From positions 1 through 64,000 of the forward strand of contig JAQGDQ010000383.1 in the NCBI GenBank assembly GCA_030141605.1: a stretch of 64,000 nucleotides of DNA, given 5' to 3'. Positions 26,126 through 39,500 of this stretch are shown piece after piece. The DNA comes from Tubiluchus corallicola. Lineage: Eukaryota > Animalia > Priapulida. A program made the position numbers and the translations under genes. Numbering within the stretch: the first letter of the stretch is position 1; every line of letters begins with the position of its first letter. The notes beneath the pieces were generated by a model. That model was not told the DNA's origin. It ran no database searches and worked only from the letters and a program-made list of their open reading frames with translations.

Positions 26126-27110
26126 ATAACAATTATTACTAATTAATGCATAAACAAATTATTACAATTTTATTAATTAAGGGTTGTTACCAAAGTGCTA
26201 CAAGAAATGTGAACAAATTTTGCAATTAGAGAGTACATGAACGACAGCGTATTTGGGCAGCCGATATACCGCACTTATCCCCTCTCATTTTACACATGCG
26301 TAGCGCAACCGAGGTATATGGACTAGTGCTTTGAAAAGATTTCCACTTTTACATCAAGAAATTCGTTACTGTCGGGAGCACAGTAGGACAATTGCCGTAC
26401 ATGGGCTAGCCCAATTGGAACGCGTCGACATGGGCTGAGCCAATTAAGGCGCGTCGTACATGGGCTGCCCAAGTATGATACTAGAGAGTAGAGACAGGTC
26501 ACGAATTGAGTCTTTAACCGTAGTGGCAGCGTCCGTTGTCCTTGTTTATCTAATAATAATAAATGAAGACGTCAATATATTTTGAATAATTTATATATTT
26601 GATAAATAAATACATCTGATAAAATAATAGAATCTTATTCTGAGCTCGTCAAACGAGCAGTATTAAATCTGGCTTCGAGAACAATCTTTTTGAAGTGAAA
26701 TAAGCCCAGTTTTTAGGTGATTCCAACATTTGGTTGAGGTATGTTATTTTTTTTGTCTCAGTTCATACACAGGTGATCCGTTTCACTACCTCTTCGTCAT
26801 AATAATTGCTTTCTCCTGAGTAAACGGGCTAGCGAGCCATGTAAACGGCAGTGCCGTAGACGGGATAGCGAACCATGTACTGCCGTGTGGTATGCAAGAT
26901 ACTGAGCCAGTTACCTCTCTGTTACAATACTATTTGGATTATTGAAATTAATTGTTTAGCCTTCCTAAATGTTAAAACTTTTTCATCTTGTGAAGGCTTA
27001 TCAGCATCTGTTTTATTTTTAAACTTGTGAGAGAAATCGCCAGTGTCCTACAAGGGCTGCCCACGTACGTCACTGGTTTTCCGTAAATTTAGCGCATGCA
27101 CATTAGCACA

Positions 27111-27299
27111 GATGTCCTACTTCGGCTAGTGGCGTACTCCGCGCCCTACAATACTATTTCAGAGAATTTAACTAAATTTTGGTGATTTCTTTTTTATAAA
27201 GGAAATGATGTCCTACTTCGGCTAGTGGCGTACTCCGTGCCCTACAATACTATTTGAGAGAATTTAACTAAATTTTGGTGATTTCTTTTTTAGGAAATG
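27111..27299 (+). repeat. 96-bp tandem duplication immediately upstream of the MRPL41 start codon
   Basis: gatgtcctacttcggctagtggcgtactccg...ggtgatttctttttt..ggaaatg at 27111 and again at 27207. Confidence 0.95.
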
Positions 27300-30200
27300 T
27301 TGTCAATATTTTGTAGCCGGGTCATGTTACCGTCAAACTGTTCATTGTGCGCATCATCTGTATCACTTAGATTCTACACTACAACTAACATTCTTTTCAA
27401 GAACTGGAAACCGAAAAAACGCCCTTTGAAACCGGGTTATAAATATTTGATACGCTTGTCGGAGAAGTTTCCATTGACAGGAAAATGTAGCTCAGCAAAG
27501 CGAGGAAAATATTACGCCCAGATACGTAAGTGCTTATTGGGTTCACTGAGGATGACTTTGGTGAAGGCACATTGGTAGTCATCCAAATTTCCGTGAAGGG
27601 AAATGATTCGTCAACTGAAAGAGGTTCTCATTGGTTGATTTCAGAATTTGGAAATCTAAATTTTTTTTTGTTGTTTAACATTTGAAAGACAAAATAGATT
27701 GGTCAGCATAGGAAAACTTTTCTAGACAATGTTACAGTGGCCAAATTACTAAATATATTGATATCTGTAGTGCAGCTATAATGTGTAATTCAACATGCAT
27801 GTGACCAGGGTGTCTGCAGTTATGCTTCTCTGGACTCTTGGGTTTGGAGAAATGTGAGAGAGAAGTATATGGGTTGGTGTGGAGGGCCTCTGAATCAGTT
27901 TTGCTCAGTACATTTTGATTATTTCATCGAGCTTGATGCTTTGTATGTACATAATTGTTTATAATCTTAATTGCAATTTAAAGTTATTGTTATCATCGAC
28001 GGAATGCATGCACTAATCATTTCCAAGTGTCACTTTGTTCATGCTAGAGTAATTACTGGAGATTAGATTATCTTGATTTATATCCTGTCTTAATCAGAAG
28101 GGATCGTGTGGTCTGTGAACTTGTGATCCAAAGGTCTCTTGTCAAATCTAGACTTTCACATTTGGTTTGAAAAAAAACCATAGTGCACTCATTTCATGGA
28201 CATTTGCGATTGAGATTATAAATAATTAGTGACTAGTGGATTAAGTTGTGGTCTAAGTTAATTATAAATTTAATTATAATTACCATAGTTAGTATTTACT
28301 CTTGCTTGCATAAACTAAAACTTGAAACAGTGGATTGATTTGTGTGCAGTTAGGATCAAAATAAGCCTTTTCACAGTTTCGTTGTGCTCACGAGTAGTTG
28401 CTGTAGGTCCAAGGTTAAGTGTCCTACGCATCTTAATTAAAACCACCATGTGACATGTAGGTAAAGCAAAGCCGTTTGCCACATTAGTTCAGTAATTTCA
28501 GTTGTTTTACATGGATTTTACGTAATTGCGCATTAGTCTGTGTGTAGAGTGATTTAGAGGTGTTAAAGCTGTTGCTATTACAATAGCATAGGCTGCGAGA
28601 CGTTGTCATGTGTACATAAATGCATTGTCTGATACACTTAACCTTTGACCTTTTCACGATCATCATCAATCGCTGGAACTGTGAAAAGGCTTTTTATCTT
28701 GATTATAACATCTGTGAAACCTTTTCATATTTTCTTCCCATTGAAAATAGTTTAATTGTAGATTAGTAGGTTCATACATACATACAGTCTAGGCTCGTTA
28801 TCTCGCCCCTCGTTATGCCACCAAACTCGTCTCTCGCCATAGAAAGTACCAGGACAGATTTGCTGCTTTGATATTTACCTCGTTAAGTCGCCACCCTCGC
28901 TTCTCGCCCTCGCCAGGTCATGCTAGGATGAGTGCTTATGTAAACTATATTCGTTATGTCGCCAAACAGACAAACTCAGAGGTGAATCGATCAATACATA
29001 TACCGCATGTCGATCAATATAACCGCGGTATGTAGACAATGCTGCTGTACTCGATAGACAGACATAATTAATCTAGTGTGTGTCTCACCAGGATTAGATT
29101 AGGAGTGCTGTGGCTCAACGAAATTGTGACGTGGACACGGAGATAGTTCAGCTTCTGAACATTTCTAAATCTTTTGCTAAGTTTACTGCATTTAAGTGTA
29201 TACTCAAAAAAGGTTTTTTAAATAAAAAAGTAACATTCTAAGATTATTTTTATGACATTTTTTCATTTCTGATTTAATGTTGATTGGTATCATAATGCGA
29301 AATATATTTTATATGTACATAGAGGAACACTATGTTAATCAACTATTATGTATATACATATAGACTAACTTCGTTATATTCCGCCATATCTCGCCATACT
29401 CGCCAAAAATTTGTCCTAGACGGGCAGTGGCGAGATAACGAGGCTAGACTGTACATGTATTGTTAAAAACTGAGATATGGTTTTGCATATTGAACAGTTA
29501 ACTGGTTATTAAAACTCGAGTGTAAGTGAAAAATTATTCTTACATTTTGAACATTTTTAGGTGGTCCTGTACAATCAACTGGATATTACTGCAATGGCAG
29601 GTTTTGGCACTGTCCTGATGCTGTCCCTGAAATAGTAGTTCCTGATCTAACTGATTTCAAGGTGAATCATTAATTTTTTTATGATCTAGGCATTTGTTGA
29701 AAACTACTTTATGCATTTGCCCAATTAATTTGTACAGGGTGTTAAAAAAGAAGCGATGCAGTAGTAGTATGCTGATATGTTTATTTTAGAATACATATAA
29801 AGTTATATGTTAAAAAAATTGGAATTATGCAAATGTAATTGTATTTATACATCATTATGATGTCATAATAGAGAATTGCAAGTTGTTTTTGGACAAAATG
29901 CCGAGCGTTATTCAAAAGATTCAACATATAAATTTGATCTTTATAATTACATGCAGCATCGCTCCCATTTAAATCAGCAAGTTAATGCCAACCTCCTTCG
30001 GTAGTGTTATTATTGCAGTATAATCTCTCATTAAATAACTTTGTACCCAACCATATTTCATTATGATTTGATCACCACATTTCAGCACATGGGTATCAGC
30101 ATATTTTTACTGCATTGTTTCTTCTTGAACATCCTGTATGCATACTGCTGAGTCTACATTATGTGCAATGATTGTGTGGTAAGTTTAGTGAGTCTTTCTG

Positions 30201-31498
30201 AGTGGTTGGTACGTAACACCGTAATGCACCTACAATACCATAGGCTGTAGAATTTCTGTAATAGCCTTCAAAATTTTTAATACCAAGGATACTTTTCTTA
30301 GTCCTAAATTAGGTCTGCTTACCAAGCAAAAGCTGTTTTGAGGTTACTTGTTTATCAAGTTTCCTAATGGTTTATGGGCCAGGATTTCCCAATTTGAATA
30401 CCTGAGGTAGTTACCAACAATCAGTCAAGCCTAACTTACTATAAGTCAACAAACACATTAAAGAGAAAAGTGAAATTTTACTACACTATAAAAATTATGT
30501 GTATGATTATTTCTTTTCTTTACTCTGTCAGTATGTGTAAAATATTTAAAAAATATGAAAATTGTATTAAAATTTGCTATTGCATAGTTTGAACCTTTTT
30601 TAGAATAACTGTGAACAAGTTTCCTTAAACCAAATTTTCATAGGACCGCAAATAGTGCAATTACACACTGGCTACGCTTTTTTGACTTGCCTCTTGGTGG
30701 CAGACTCATGATTCAGTCACCATAGCAATGCCAGCTTTATGCATGCACAGTTTACACCATATTGTTAGAAGCTGAACAATGCACATAGGAACACCATGGC
30801 AAACCTGTTGTTCCAGCTAAGCGGTGGCTTGCTGCTGGGTGAAATGGTACAATTTTTTTTTACAAATATCATAGCCCAGTTGGGTATTTCTTCAGCTATT
30901 TTATAGATGTTGGCTGTCTTTGTTCATGCATTCAGATAATTTAATTATTTGAGAAAAATCCACCAAATACTCCATGAATAATTTTTCATTTTCTGTACAA
31001 AACACTGAAACATTTGATAAACTTCTCAAAATTTACATTCACAAAAATACAAAGCTCAGAAAATTTTAGCATAAAAACATGATCATTACAAACCTGTTGG
31101 CTATTTTTCCCTGCAAATGTGGATTGTAACAAACTTAATGAATACTGTGTAAAGGCTTAAATTTCTCAATTGCTTGCAAGTTAATCAGGTGCAACAATGA
31201 AGTTGTAAAAATTTTGCACTATTTGCAGTCGCATGTATACACATTTTGTTAAATCTCTATGGTTCTAATTTATAAATCACCAATTTTTTTGCAAATTTGT
31301 TTTTATAATGCCTTATCTGACTATCAGCAAATTGTTCCAAATGTATCACCTTGGTGCTTGTCGTTTCAGCTACAGCCATATGTATCATACCGTGTGCCAG
31401 ACGTCATTCAATCAGAATTTACATCCAAAGACTTATTTGACGCATGTTATGCGAAACAGATAATACAAGAGCACAAAAAGAAACGTGATCAGTCGTAG
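27297..31498 (+). CDS. MRPL41: Mitochondrial large ribosomal subunit protein mL41; 3 coding exons, 152 aa
   Basis: Exons 27297-27525, 29561-29661, 31370-31498 (459 nt, phases compatible). Family motif VPEIVVPDLTDFK-LQPYVSYR..DVIQSEFTSKDLF. Arg/Ser-rich N-terminus without acidic residues, like a mitochondrial presequence. Confidence 0.9.
28363..28692. mobile_element. MITE with TIR AAGCCTTTTCACAGTT
   Basis: aagccttttcacagtt ... aactgtgaaaaggctt is a perfect 16-bp inverted repeat. A second copy lies at ~6870-7178. Confidence 0.85.
28785..29451. mobile_element. pogo/Tigger-type MITE with TA target duplication
   Basis: TA|CAGTCTAGGCTCGTTATCTCGCC ... GGCGAGATAACGAGGCTAGACTG|TA, with subterminal ctcgtt..tcgcc repeats. 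Confidence 0.9.
29735..30136. mobile_element. Tc1/mariner-type MITE with TA target duplication
   Basis: TA|CAGGGTGTTAAAAAAGAAGCGATGCAGTA ... TACTGCATTGTTTCTTCTTGAACATCCTG|TA. Confidence 0.8.
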
Positions 31499-33518
31499 GA
31501 AGTGACATTCACATTTATGGTTTACAGTGAAATAGTAAAACAGTGAAACAGTAAGAAGAAATGCTGGAGATCGTGAACGTGTAGCACTGAGGAAGTGGCT
31601 CACCAAGTTCAGCTTGTAAACTGTTTGCCAGGAAGTCTTTGAAAGATTCGAAAGCTAAAATTTAGAAAATAGCTGATACGGTAAACTACGTAGAACTGGA
31701 ATTCTTAGGTATCTCGAACAGCTCTCGTGGAATGGATTTTTCCTTTAATAAACATAGAGTAACTCAAAATATGTAAATGGAATTATCCCACAAGTTGAAC
31801 CGAATTCCTGGTACACTTCTTAAGAATCTAATTGAAATTACCTCGCCAAGCTGGAACAGCTGCGACGAGTCCTATGAAAAAGTGAGCACCACATTACCAT
31901 TTTAACTACTAGTTTATGCAAAATGCTGATATTTCTTGTATTACCTTAGCAGAATGTTGCACACAACATAGCTTAAGCTCTAACGAACGTGGTTTAATCA
32001 GAAACAATAAAATTACTGGTCCACCAGTAATTTTATTTCTGTTTATTCATAAAAAAAAGTTGTATGATATTTGATTAAAATCATTAAAGGCTCAGTTTGT
32101 CATTTTCACAGGCTGTAGTGTTATTACTGTATTGTCCTACGTTGATGAGTGACTCAATTTTGTTTTCTTACGAGCATTATCTAACTCGTACTTTCGCATA
32201 ACTCGAACCAAATTTCCGGCCCCGAGGTGTTCGAGTTATATATAGTTTATAGATCTGTAAAAAGTGCAAATGTGTAAAATAGGCCTCTGATAAATACCAA
32301 ATTCCTATTTCTGAATGTATCGTGTCAGAACTGTTTAGGTGAATACATCTGATGTTAAATGGTGGAAGTATTATCATTTTGAAATCAGTGAACATGTAGT
32401 ATTGATCATTTCCTAGTAAGATGTAAAATCTATGCATGGTTTTCTTATGGCAACATAGTACAACAGGCACTGTGCAAGTTTAAGTGTAACTTTAAACATG
32501 CCAACAGAGTCATTACAGGTGTCAGTTCGATCTTTCACTTATTTATGTTTTACAGTCATTTTACCTAAAAACCTGCACCTTAGAAATAAAACTCTGCAAC
32601 ATCTCATTGCTCTGTGCCACAAAACCAATCTCTCTATAAAAATCTATAAAAATTATGATATAAATGAATTTATTTCAACAATCTTACAGCAATAAAATAA
32701 TTGCTAATGCTTTACATTTTAATAACAGCAAATACATAAATGTCATAATTTATGCTGCAATAGCAATGAAGCTTCATACTAAAAGTTGTTGTTTTATGAA
32801 AAGGTCTATAATTTTTTAGTTCCAATAATACAAAAAATTTAGATGTGGTAGGTAAGCATTTTTTTGTATTATCTAGGTTTCTTATATTTTAGCAATGTTA
32901 ACAAAATGATGTTTTCTTTTAAAAGTAACTAAAAATTTTGCAAATAAGGATAATGAAACTTGAAGTCTTTTACTGAAATTAATAAGAACTGTGGAAATAC
33001 AATTATTTAGAAAAATTCACACTTCTATTTTTTGTCAAAACGAAGGCTAAGATCACCATTTGGTAATGCTGGAACTTTAGGGCTTGTCCTTCCTAACACC
33101 CTATAAACGTGCTCGATGCATTAGGCAAAGCTTTTAAGAATTTTATCATTCGTATTTTTTCTCAGATACTTTCAAACTTTTGTTAGCAGTCAGCAGAACT
33201 ACACGCCGTTTTTACTGAAAATTTACACAAATATTGTTGCTTAAAACCTGTATTATTAGTTAATTATGTTATTATGAATTGACAAATTCAACTGAATTAT
33301 GAATTACAAAACTAGATTAATATGTTTGATGCAGATTGCAAAACATGTGTGAAATATTATGAATGCTACTGAGTTATAATGGTAATTTGTGATTTACTAT
33401 CACACTGCAGACTAAAATGATTTTTAGATATACAGCACATACACAGACAAAGCACAGGTAGACACAGGTTCATCACAGCCAGATGTGTAAAACTTGTATT
33501 CTTCATCTTGATCTATCG

Positions 33519-36500
33519 TCAAAGTGTGAAGTTAGCAACCATTGACTGTAAGAGTTGGTCATACACTAAAACAAAAAGTGCTCATCATCACATTAACAAG
33601 AACACCATACTTGCAACATTTAACAACAATTAATTGAAGAGGCACTGAAAAATTATGGGCCAACCAGAACTTAGACCTGAATTAGAGTGTACATGGTACA
33701 CACACTATTCATTTGAGCCACTGGCCCAACATGACAAAGCCGGTTTGAATTGCATCCTAGTACAGTACACAATGAATGAACTAAGCACTCACTGGGTCGG
33801 ATTATCCTATAGGTTAGCATAGGCTGCAGCCTAAGGGACCATCTAAAGATTTTTAAATATAATTTGAAAGTTGATTTAAAGAATTTACAATAACTTTACT
33901 TCTTTACTTTAGTTTCAAGTGCCCGCGTAAACGGTAAACACTGTCTGACCTGTCAAGCTGGGCGCGTGTCGTTAGCCGGAGATCATAGAACAATAGCCAC
34001 GTGACACAGCATGTGTCACGTCCATTTAGTTATAGAGGTCCTTGAACTACACCTGCACTAATTTTGTTAATGCAGCAAAAATGTACAGTATAACACATGT
34101 ACTGTTGTAGGTATAATAATATTATACTACTTATCACATATCAAAACTAACTAGGAAACAAAATAGAAGTTACAGACTGGAATGGGTTTGACATTTAATG
34201 AACCTCACCTTACCACCAACCAATTTAGTGGTGTCCCACACCTGGCATTATAACAAGGTTTGACTCTACATTCATATGAAGTTGAGAATGCTATGATTAA
34301 AATTAACAGGTAGTAACCAAGTCCAATTTTAATAAGATCTACTTACTTTGAGGTTTTCTATAAAAAACACAGTTAACAGCACATAAGTTAGTGTCCGCAT
34401 CCCACACTGAAGGGTGACAAGGACACAATGGCGGAATGTTTAAGTTCAGCTCTTTTATTCGCCTTCTGACATTTGCTTTTAATGCAGTATGGTACCTATA
34501 AAAATAAAATGTTTTCTGAAAAGAATATCATGAATGATTTGTAAAATAAAAGAATCATTCTTAATTTCTTTACTTTTATAGAAAACCAAAGCAGTAATAA
34601 TAAACTATTGGTACTTTGTTGTAGTTTGCAGCATTTCATTGCAGCTGTTTTTCATGGTTTTATTCAGAACAAAGCGAGATGCAAAAACAGCTGTTTATTA
34701 ATTTAGATTTTTCCTCGAGCTTTTGCCTGTTTGAGTAATGCAACTTAGGTAACCATTTCGATGACGTGACAAAGCTGTTTTATCACTGGAAACTTTACCT
34801 TTGTGATTCTATCAATTTGGATCGCCTTTCGTCAACTTTTCTTATTGACTGCTCTGCCATCTTGTCTTGCAAAGCTTTCTGTTTTTCCTTTTCCCGCTTC
34901 ATAACATCTATCAGAATAAAGAAAAACCTTTTAAACCTTTTTTCTTAAATTTAATAAAACATGTCATCAGTAGGAACTAAAACAAATTGATGAGTAACAA
35001 CTTAAGAGAAAAAATATGCTATTATTTTTTAACAGGACAAACTGGATATCTGTATAATCCTGCCGGACTCATACTGTGTTATCTGATTGTGCATATTAAA
35101 ATATGTGCTCAATGCCATATTAATTTTATGTGTCAGAGTTGTAACCATAGAACAAAGCTTTACATATAATAGCAGAAAAAAGGAAAAGTAGACTTAATAT
35201 TACCTTCCGTGTTCATTTGTTGTTCTTTCAGACGAAGTTCCTGCTCTCTTCTTATTTTTTCTTTTTCTTTTTTTAACCTGTATAAAAATATAGTAATATG
35301 CATATTTTATTATAGTTTATGCATATTTTAATAAAGAAAATTGTAAACACAAAGAATCGGTTGATTAATCACTGGAACATGAATTTTGCTGGGTTAAAAC
35401 ATGGATAAATATACAAAGTTCTATATGCAGGATCTTGAATTGATAAAAATGTTCCCGTAGCATTTTGTTGTACAGCACACAAAGCTGGATTTACTTTGTA
35501 TGAATTAGTAGATTTCCACTGAGTAGATCAAAAACAGTGACATCAGCCTTATGTCCAAAATCTTACCCGGTCCTCACCACAAAAAATGATTTACAGTAAA
35601 TTTAAGCTTTCCATCGGGTACCTTGGTACCCGAGTAATCACCTGCATTATTTATTACACAAGCCTGATAATTTTACCCTGTTCCAACAATGAAAATGCAC
35701 ACATTATTATTAATACAACATCCATTGTTTATGAATTTAAAATTTAAAAGCCACCTGCTGAGCACTTCTACAGTGGGTTCGCTAGTCTACTAGCAGACTA
35801 TTAATTGCTTGTTGTCACCGCGTCAGGCTGAAATGTCAGCATCTCTGTTACCTGCAAGCTCAAGTGATTAGAGTGGCTTCGGCAAGAAAAGCAATGTTTG
35901 GAAGTATTTTCTAATTTGGAAATACCTCTCTAACAGTTGCAAACGCATGGCAGATTAAACCACTTTTGCCGTAGGAGTGACATACATAAAACAACTATGA
36001 TTTCTTTACCAAGCGGTTAACTATATCTAAATGAAATTGCTTATTAACATTTAAAAAACTATCTTAGGTCACTAATAAAGTCACGAATAAACAATCCTTA
36101 AGTTTAACAACTGTTACACAAACAAATGACAATATAGATAATTATAATTCCCAAATCCCCACGCTGTATTAACGTGGTAGCTAGGCGGACATAACTGACT
36201 CACTGACATAAAGCCTGCAATATACTTGCAAGTACAGTGTAATTAAGAAGTCTGGCAGGCAGGCAAGAGCAAAAACTCATTCAAATGCTGTGCGTGGCGA
36301 AACTTTAACTTTTGTGACTCATGGGTCATGTCAAGATAACACTGCAGTTAGATGAAACGCATCAGTCTTTGTTTTTATGTGCGTATAAAACTGATTTCAA
36401 TTTCTTCACTGCTACTGAATCTTAACAATCGGTTACTCGGGTATATGAAACAGTACAAAGTCAAATTTTCCTATCTGTATAAACACTTAATTTACAGTAC

Positions 36501-39500
36501 CTACAATGAGCTCAGTCATTGCTAGCAACTTTGTCGAGTATTCGACGAAATATTATGTTTTCTTAATATGTGATTTGGTGCAAAAAGAACCACAGTTTCG
36601 AACAAGTCATTACCTCGAAGCCTTTGCATTTTCCTTCCGTCTCTCGCTCTCATTTTTCATTCGCCTCCTCTCGTTATTACTAAAAAGTCGTTTACGTTGC
36701 AATAGTTCCTGCAGCATTTTTTGTCGACTGAGCTCTTTTTCTACACCAGGTTTCACCGAAACACAACTGGCTAAAACATGTGGTGTTCTATAAATGACTA
36801 CAAAAACTTTTCTTCAAATTACAACAAGAAATCTACAGAATTATAATAGTTCATTTACACCAATCATTTGTGTTCAGATTTAGAACTTCAAATGAAGAAA
36901 ACAAAGATTCTAGCTTGCAGCAATTTATCTTGTACAGAAAAGGATTAGAAAGCTCCCATTCATCCAACTGCTGTACTCACAGTTCTAGATACTAGATTTG
37001 TAGTGATTCTAGCTCATTGGCATACAAAAGCAGAATGAAATAGTTGGATAATATACAGTGTAGTTATTCATTTAAGAAACTTCACTGTAAAAGTGCATAA
37101 TCATTGATTGTCTTTTGCTATCTATGTAATAAGTGTCAGTATTTTTTGGAAAAGCTGGTCGAAATATTAAAATTCATAAAACGCAGAATACCGTAATTGT
37201 TTCACAGTTAGAATTTGTAAGGTAATATTCTAAACCTCTTATTTTGTAGTCGCAATGAAATTAGCTTATGTAAATAGTACATTAAATTTATTGAGATCAG
37301 CCCATAGTTATCAGTATTGGATCATTTTTTACTGCTACTAAAATTAATATTATAGGGATAATATTGAAAAACGCAAGTTTGAAAAATACTGCATAAATTA
37401 AACTTCATATTTTTGGTCAAATCTGATTATGACCATTTTGTAGTCTCTTTGCCCAGAATAAATTTAATACACAAGATTCACAAAACACGGAAGGTTCACT
37501 ATATTTTCTCAAAAATAATCACACGTTGATAAGCTGTCATTCTACTTGTAGGTTGGTGGTAATGAAATATTTATGAACAACTTAACAAAAAAGTATTTAA
37601 AACAAGCAGACAATTAAAGATCAAATAATAAAGGAGACTAATACTTACTTAACGCTCGTCTTTCCCTAACCATTCTTGTATTTTGACTTGTACCAGTGGG
37701 GGAAGTGGTGAGAGACAGCAACTGCTTTCCGCGAGGTGTAGTTAATGTAACATGCAAACGTTTTTTACCTGCTTCATTTTTTTGAGACGGTGCAGTGACA
37801 TCTGTTGGGCAAAAATAGAATGATTTTTAAAAGCTAAGGAAATTACCAATTTTGCTAAACAGAAGCAAAAAATGCAACTTATTAAATACAAATTTTCAAG
37901 TAGAAAATGCTTAATTTTGATAAGGTGCTCTGAAACTCTGCAAGATGGCAAATAGGCTTCATTGTAAGTTTATCCATGTTTAGTAGGCAAATCGGATTAT
38001 GACCATTTGGGGCCCCTAGACTAATGACATTGTGGACCCCTTCAGATGGAGCCACCCTCTAACTCCAGAGCACCCGTCTTGAATATTTTAGATATGTTTT
38101 AGTGAGATTTATGTAGCTTGAAGTAAGTTTATTGCAAAACTAGAATAGCCATCTTTTGTTTTTAAATAAAAATATTCTTTAAGAAGTATCAGTATTTTAC
38201 TATTTATTACAAATGAAATTAACACATATTTCAACACAAGCATTGTGAAAAAACATATTTTTTACCAAATAATTTAATGTAAACAAAGCTTGAGGGCCCC
38301 CAAGCCTGAAAGGCCCTATGCTGCAGCCTATACTAACCCACAGGATAATCCGCATACATGTAGGTAAATTAAAACAGCATCAGATTTTTTACTAAAGACA
38401 CTTTCCAGTTTCCACAAAAACACCTAGCTAATCTGACAACAACTCATACCAGATATTATAAATTTTAAATAAACGCATCAGAAATTTGACGAATTTATAG
38501 CTTAGTGACTACTGTATGTCTGTTTTGTGTACAAAACAATTAATATTGCGTAAAATCACTTCCACTTCAGAAAACAGTCACCAAGCACAAACCCTGTCTA
38601 GATTGGCCTAGTTATAAAATAATTAAAACCATGAGCATACACTATTCTTAGAAAAGATATTTTCAAACTTAAACTCTGCACTGCACTGGGCATGCAAGCC
38701 TTGCACAACACTTATTTTAGCTCTGTCTTACCAAGTTTCCGTTTTGCAGTTATTCTTCCCCACTCCTGATTTTCATCAAATGGAGAAAGCAGAGACAGCA
38801 GATGTCCTCCTTCAGGTGCAGTCAGTGTAACATGCAACAGTTTTTCACCCGTGCTAGCCTTTTGCACAAATGATGCACCATTTGCAGTGGAATTTAATGC
38901 TGAATGTTTATCTGAAATACCTCTATGGCAAGTTCCCTGAAAAAATCAAAAAAGGCCCCTATGAGTTTCAAGTCCATTGATCAAAATAAAAATAAGTAAA
39001 CTTAAATATTTGCATTAGATGATATTGCGTAAGCCTAGACATGTTATATAACAAAAGTAGAATAATTTAAAATACATTGTTAGGCTGTCCACAAAAAAAC
39101 ATTTGTTTCTGTCTTACCTCATGAGCTCAAAAGAAATGTCAGCAGGAGGCAAAAACATTTTTTTCAAAAAAAGTTTTTTTAAAGCTTTAAGAATGTTTAA
39201 AACTGAACCGTGAAATATTGAAAATCACTTATAGTAAAGTCTATTTATTTCCAACTGGTTAGCAGCAATGTTTTAAATTTGTCCAATGCACATTTTTCAC
39301 GCTTTGTTTTTAATTTTTTTTCGCAATTAGTAAATTATCGTATAGTTATCGATTATTATATAGTCTCTTTTTTCTTCGGTGTGAACGTATTTTCTGATAA
39401 CTATGCTTAAGTGGCAACACTGCTCGGCCGTTAATACACTGATTTGGCAGAAAAGACTATACTTTTTAGCTTCCAATATGATAATCAGCATCATACAGAT

